A stretch of DNA of 62,371 nt, counting the filler, from Globobulimina sp. (lineage: Eukaryota), in assembly GCA_003354225.1 (NCBI GenBank). It is 33 parts of 33 records of this genome, joined end to end, with 100 filler letters (N's around TTAATTAATTAA, not from the genome) between each part and the next. Parts side by side here need not be neighbours in the genome. Positions count along the whole stretch, not along the records: positions 60,580 to 62,371 come from PIVH01011898.1; 32 more parts are not named here. The stretch is one strand, 5' to 3'. The stretch's first letter is position 1; each line of letters begins with the position of its first letter. The notes under the pieces were generated by a model. It ran no database searches, was not told the origin of the DNA, and saw only the letters and a program-made list of their open reading frames with translations. Both the position numbers and the translations under genes were made by a program. Below are positions 60,796 to 62,371 of the stretch, piece after piece.

Positions 60796-61911
60796 CTAAT
60801 AACATGCTCTATATTTTATATCATTTGATTTGATCATGTGTTGGAGAATTAAATCTGTCAAATTGCATTGCTGCGGCATTTCAAAAGGAAAACACAAATA
60901 ATCCATCCAATATATTTGACATAAATTTTGTATATCATTGTCTCGCAACATTGCTCGATCTATTACATATTTCGAGATGCTATCATTAAAGTGCCGGTGC
61001 TTACTCCTTTTGTGTCCGAAGTACGTATTCATTAACAATGTCGAATTGTGTTTCAACTCCTCATCGATGATAAACCTTTGCATAATTCGTGGTAACTCAG
61101 TATTGAATTCATTGAAATTTCCAATAAAATTATAACTCAATGCTTCATATAAAAATAGCAAATTTGGGGCAAAATGTGTATTCACATAATTTGTCATCAT
61201 ATCATTCTTCGAACCAATATTATTCAACATTCTTTCGATGAATATTTCTCTCACTAATTCCATAATATTTATTTTTATATATTGTTCAAATTCCATTCCA
61301 ACACTTTCAAATATTGCTTTTTTCCGTTCTACAATCACTCTTTCGTTATATTCAAAAAACGCGGACAAAAACTTAGATATTGGATCGCGAACAAATGTGA
61401 ATATGAAAGTATTATTATCGACATGATTCATAATAAAAGCATCAATATTTTCTCTGGTCAGGTTTTCTTGAAAATTTATTGATATTTTTGAATGGTTTCG
61501 CAATAATGGTATTCCGAATTGTATGGTGGTGCCGCCAGCCTTAAATATATGACTATAAATTAATTCGTGTGATAAGATTTGTGTCGATCGAAGTCCTTGA
61601 ATAAAAGCAGTATGTTTTGTATTTGACTTAAAATCACATCGTGAATAATACGGTAACCAGTTATTCTTATTATTGTCATTATTGCCATTCCTGCCACATT
61701 TTTCTGGCAATTGTGTTCGTTGTTTAATTAACATTGATATTAATAACAAATCAGAGTTTGTTCTGTTTTGTTGATGTTCATATTGGGCATTTATATTCAT
61801 AATTCCTTGAAAGTGGGCATTCTGAGCATTGTACGTGTGTAGTATATTGAATGTGAAAATGATTGCAACAGAAATGATCAAAAGTAGAGTTTGTAGCTTT
61901 GTTTTTACCAT
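60796..61911 (-). CDS. Golgi-type carbohydrate sulfotransferase (Sulfotransfer_2-like)
   Basis: N-terminal TM, YSHIFKAGGTT (5'-PSB), FVRDPISKFLSAF (3'-PB), IYWMDYLCF. Confidence 0.85.
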   Translation of the reverse strand: MVKTKLQTLLLIISVAIIFTFNILHTYNAQNAHFQGIMNINAQYEHQQNRTNSDLLLISMLIKQRTQLPEKCGRNGNNDNNKNNWLPYYSRCDFKSNTKHTAFIQGLRSTQILSHELIYSHIFKAGGTTIQFGIPLLRNHSKISINFQENLTRENIDAFIMNHVDNNTFIFTFVRDPISKFLSAFFEYNERVIVERKKAIFESVGMEFEQYIKINIMELVREIFIERMLNNIGSKNDMMTNYVNTHFAPNLLFLYEALSYNFIGNFNEFNTELPRIMQRFIIDEELKHNSTLLMNTYFGHKRSKHRHFNDSISKYVIDRAMLRDNDIQNLCQIYWMDYLCFPFEMPQQCNLTDLILQHMIKSNDIKYRACY

Positions 61912-62218
61912 TGTTTCATTTACACAATTGTGAAGCTTTGGAAATGTTTTTTTTATAATTGAGATGCGATACAATCTTCAAAATACTAAGATATGTTAGT
62001 TTATATCAGGAAGACAAGAGAATAAATTAGAAATTTAAGTTAAACCGCAAATTTAATTCGAAATAAAAAAAGAAAAGGCGGATAAAAAAACATTCTAATC
62101 CTGAATAAAAATAACCGTTTAATCCAAATAAAAAAATAAATGAACCGATTATTATATTCCAAAAAACAAATATTTTTTGACGGATTGAATCAACTTTAAA
62201 ATGAGAAAAATAATTAAT

Positions 62219-62371
62219 TTAATTTCCACCGCGTAATCGCAACACCAAATGCAAGGTACTTTCTTTTTGGATGTTGTAATCACTAAATATAAAACAAAAT
62301 GATTAATATATTTATTTGCATTGACAGTGGGCTGTACTGGACACACCTTAATGTTCGGCCATCTTCCAATT
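62219..62371 (-). CDS. UBI: Ubiquitin, 3' end of the final monomer with intron 62346-62283 (absent from the ORF track)
   Basis: Spliced translation [28 protein letters not shown]-stop. Confidence 0.95.

Larger units (their letters stand above)
1..62371. other. Artificial concatenation of 33 contigs separated by 100-nt N/TTAATTAATTAA/N spacers
   Basis: Identical spacer with stops in all six frames about every 1.89 kb (e.g. 1796-1895, 3691-3790); contig lengths fall from 1795 to 1792 nt. Confidence 0.98.

Noticed and set aside
1-62371. Multi-gene system or operon spanning the window (e.g. M23 + GT2 + IS + repeat arrays)
   Set aside because: Contigs are ordered by length only; adjacency across spacers has no meaning

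Overview
This window is not one locus. It is 33 unrelated short contigs (1795 down to 1792 nt, sorted by length) joined by artificial N-run + TTAATTAATTAA + N-run spacers, so neighbourhood only means something inside a contig. Most contigs come from an AT-rich, gene-dense, standard-code microbial eukaryote with short GT-AG introns (mostly about 50-85 nt). The gene families (PTxxPT mucin-like proteins, divergent 7TM proteins, SAM, PUB/UBA) suggest a foraminiferan or other rhizarian, but that is inference. One contig (58688-60479) is bacterial and carries a complete DDE insertion sequence beside an HU gene. Recognisable genes include IMPase, BAP31, BLOC1S1, UBR7, a GT2, a sulfotransferase, a kinase, TPR, PAQR, Josephin, MFS and PTR transporters. 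Two more were missed by the ORF track: a non-LTR retrotransposon APE ORF and an intron-containing ubiquitin. The most unusual signals are: (1) a GC-rich, nested-helix structured-RNA candidate of at least 500 nt (35981-36575); (2) an apparently circular 1673-bp unit holding one complete five-exon PUB-UBA gene (47336-49127); (3) a non-coding contig with two tandem hairpin arrays, one showing covariation (43017-43336); (4) head-to-head genes with ATGs as little as 25 nt apart; (5) degenerate M23 and CHAT-STAND proteins.
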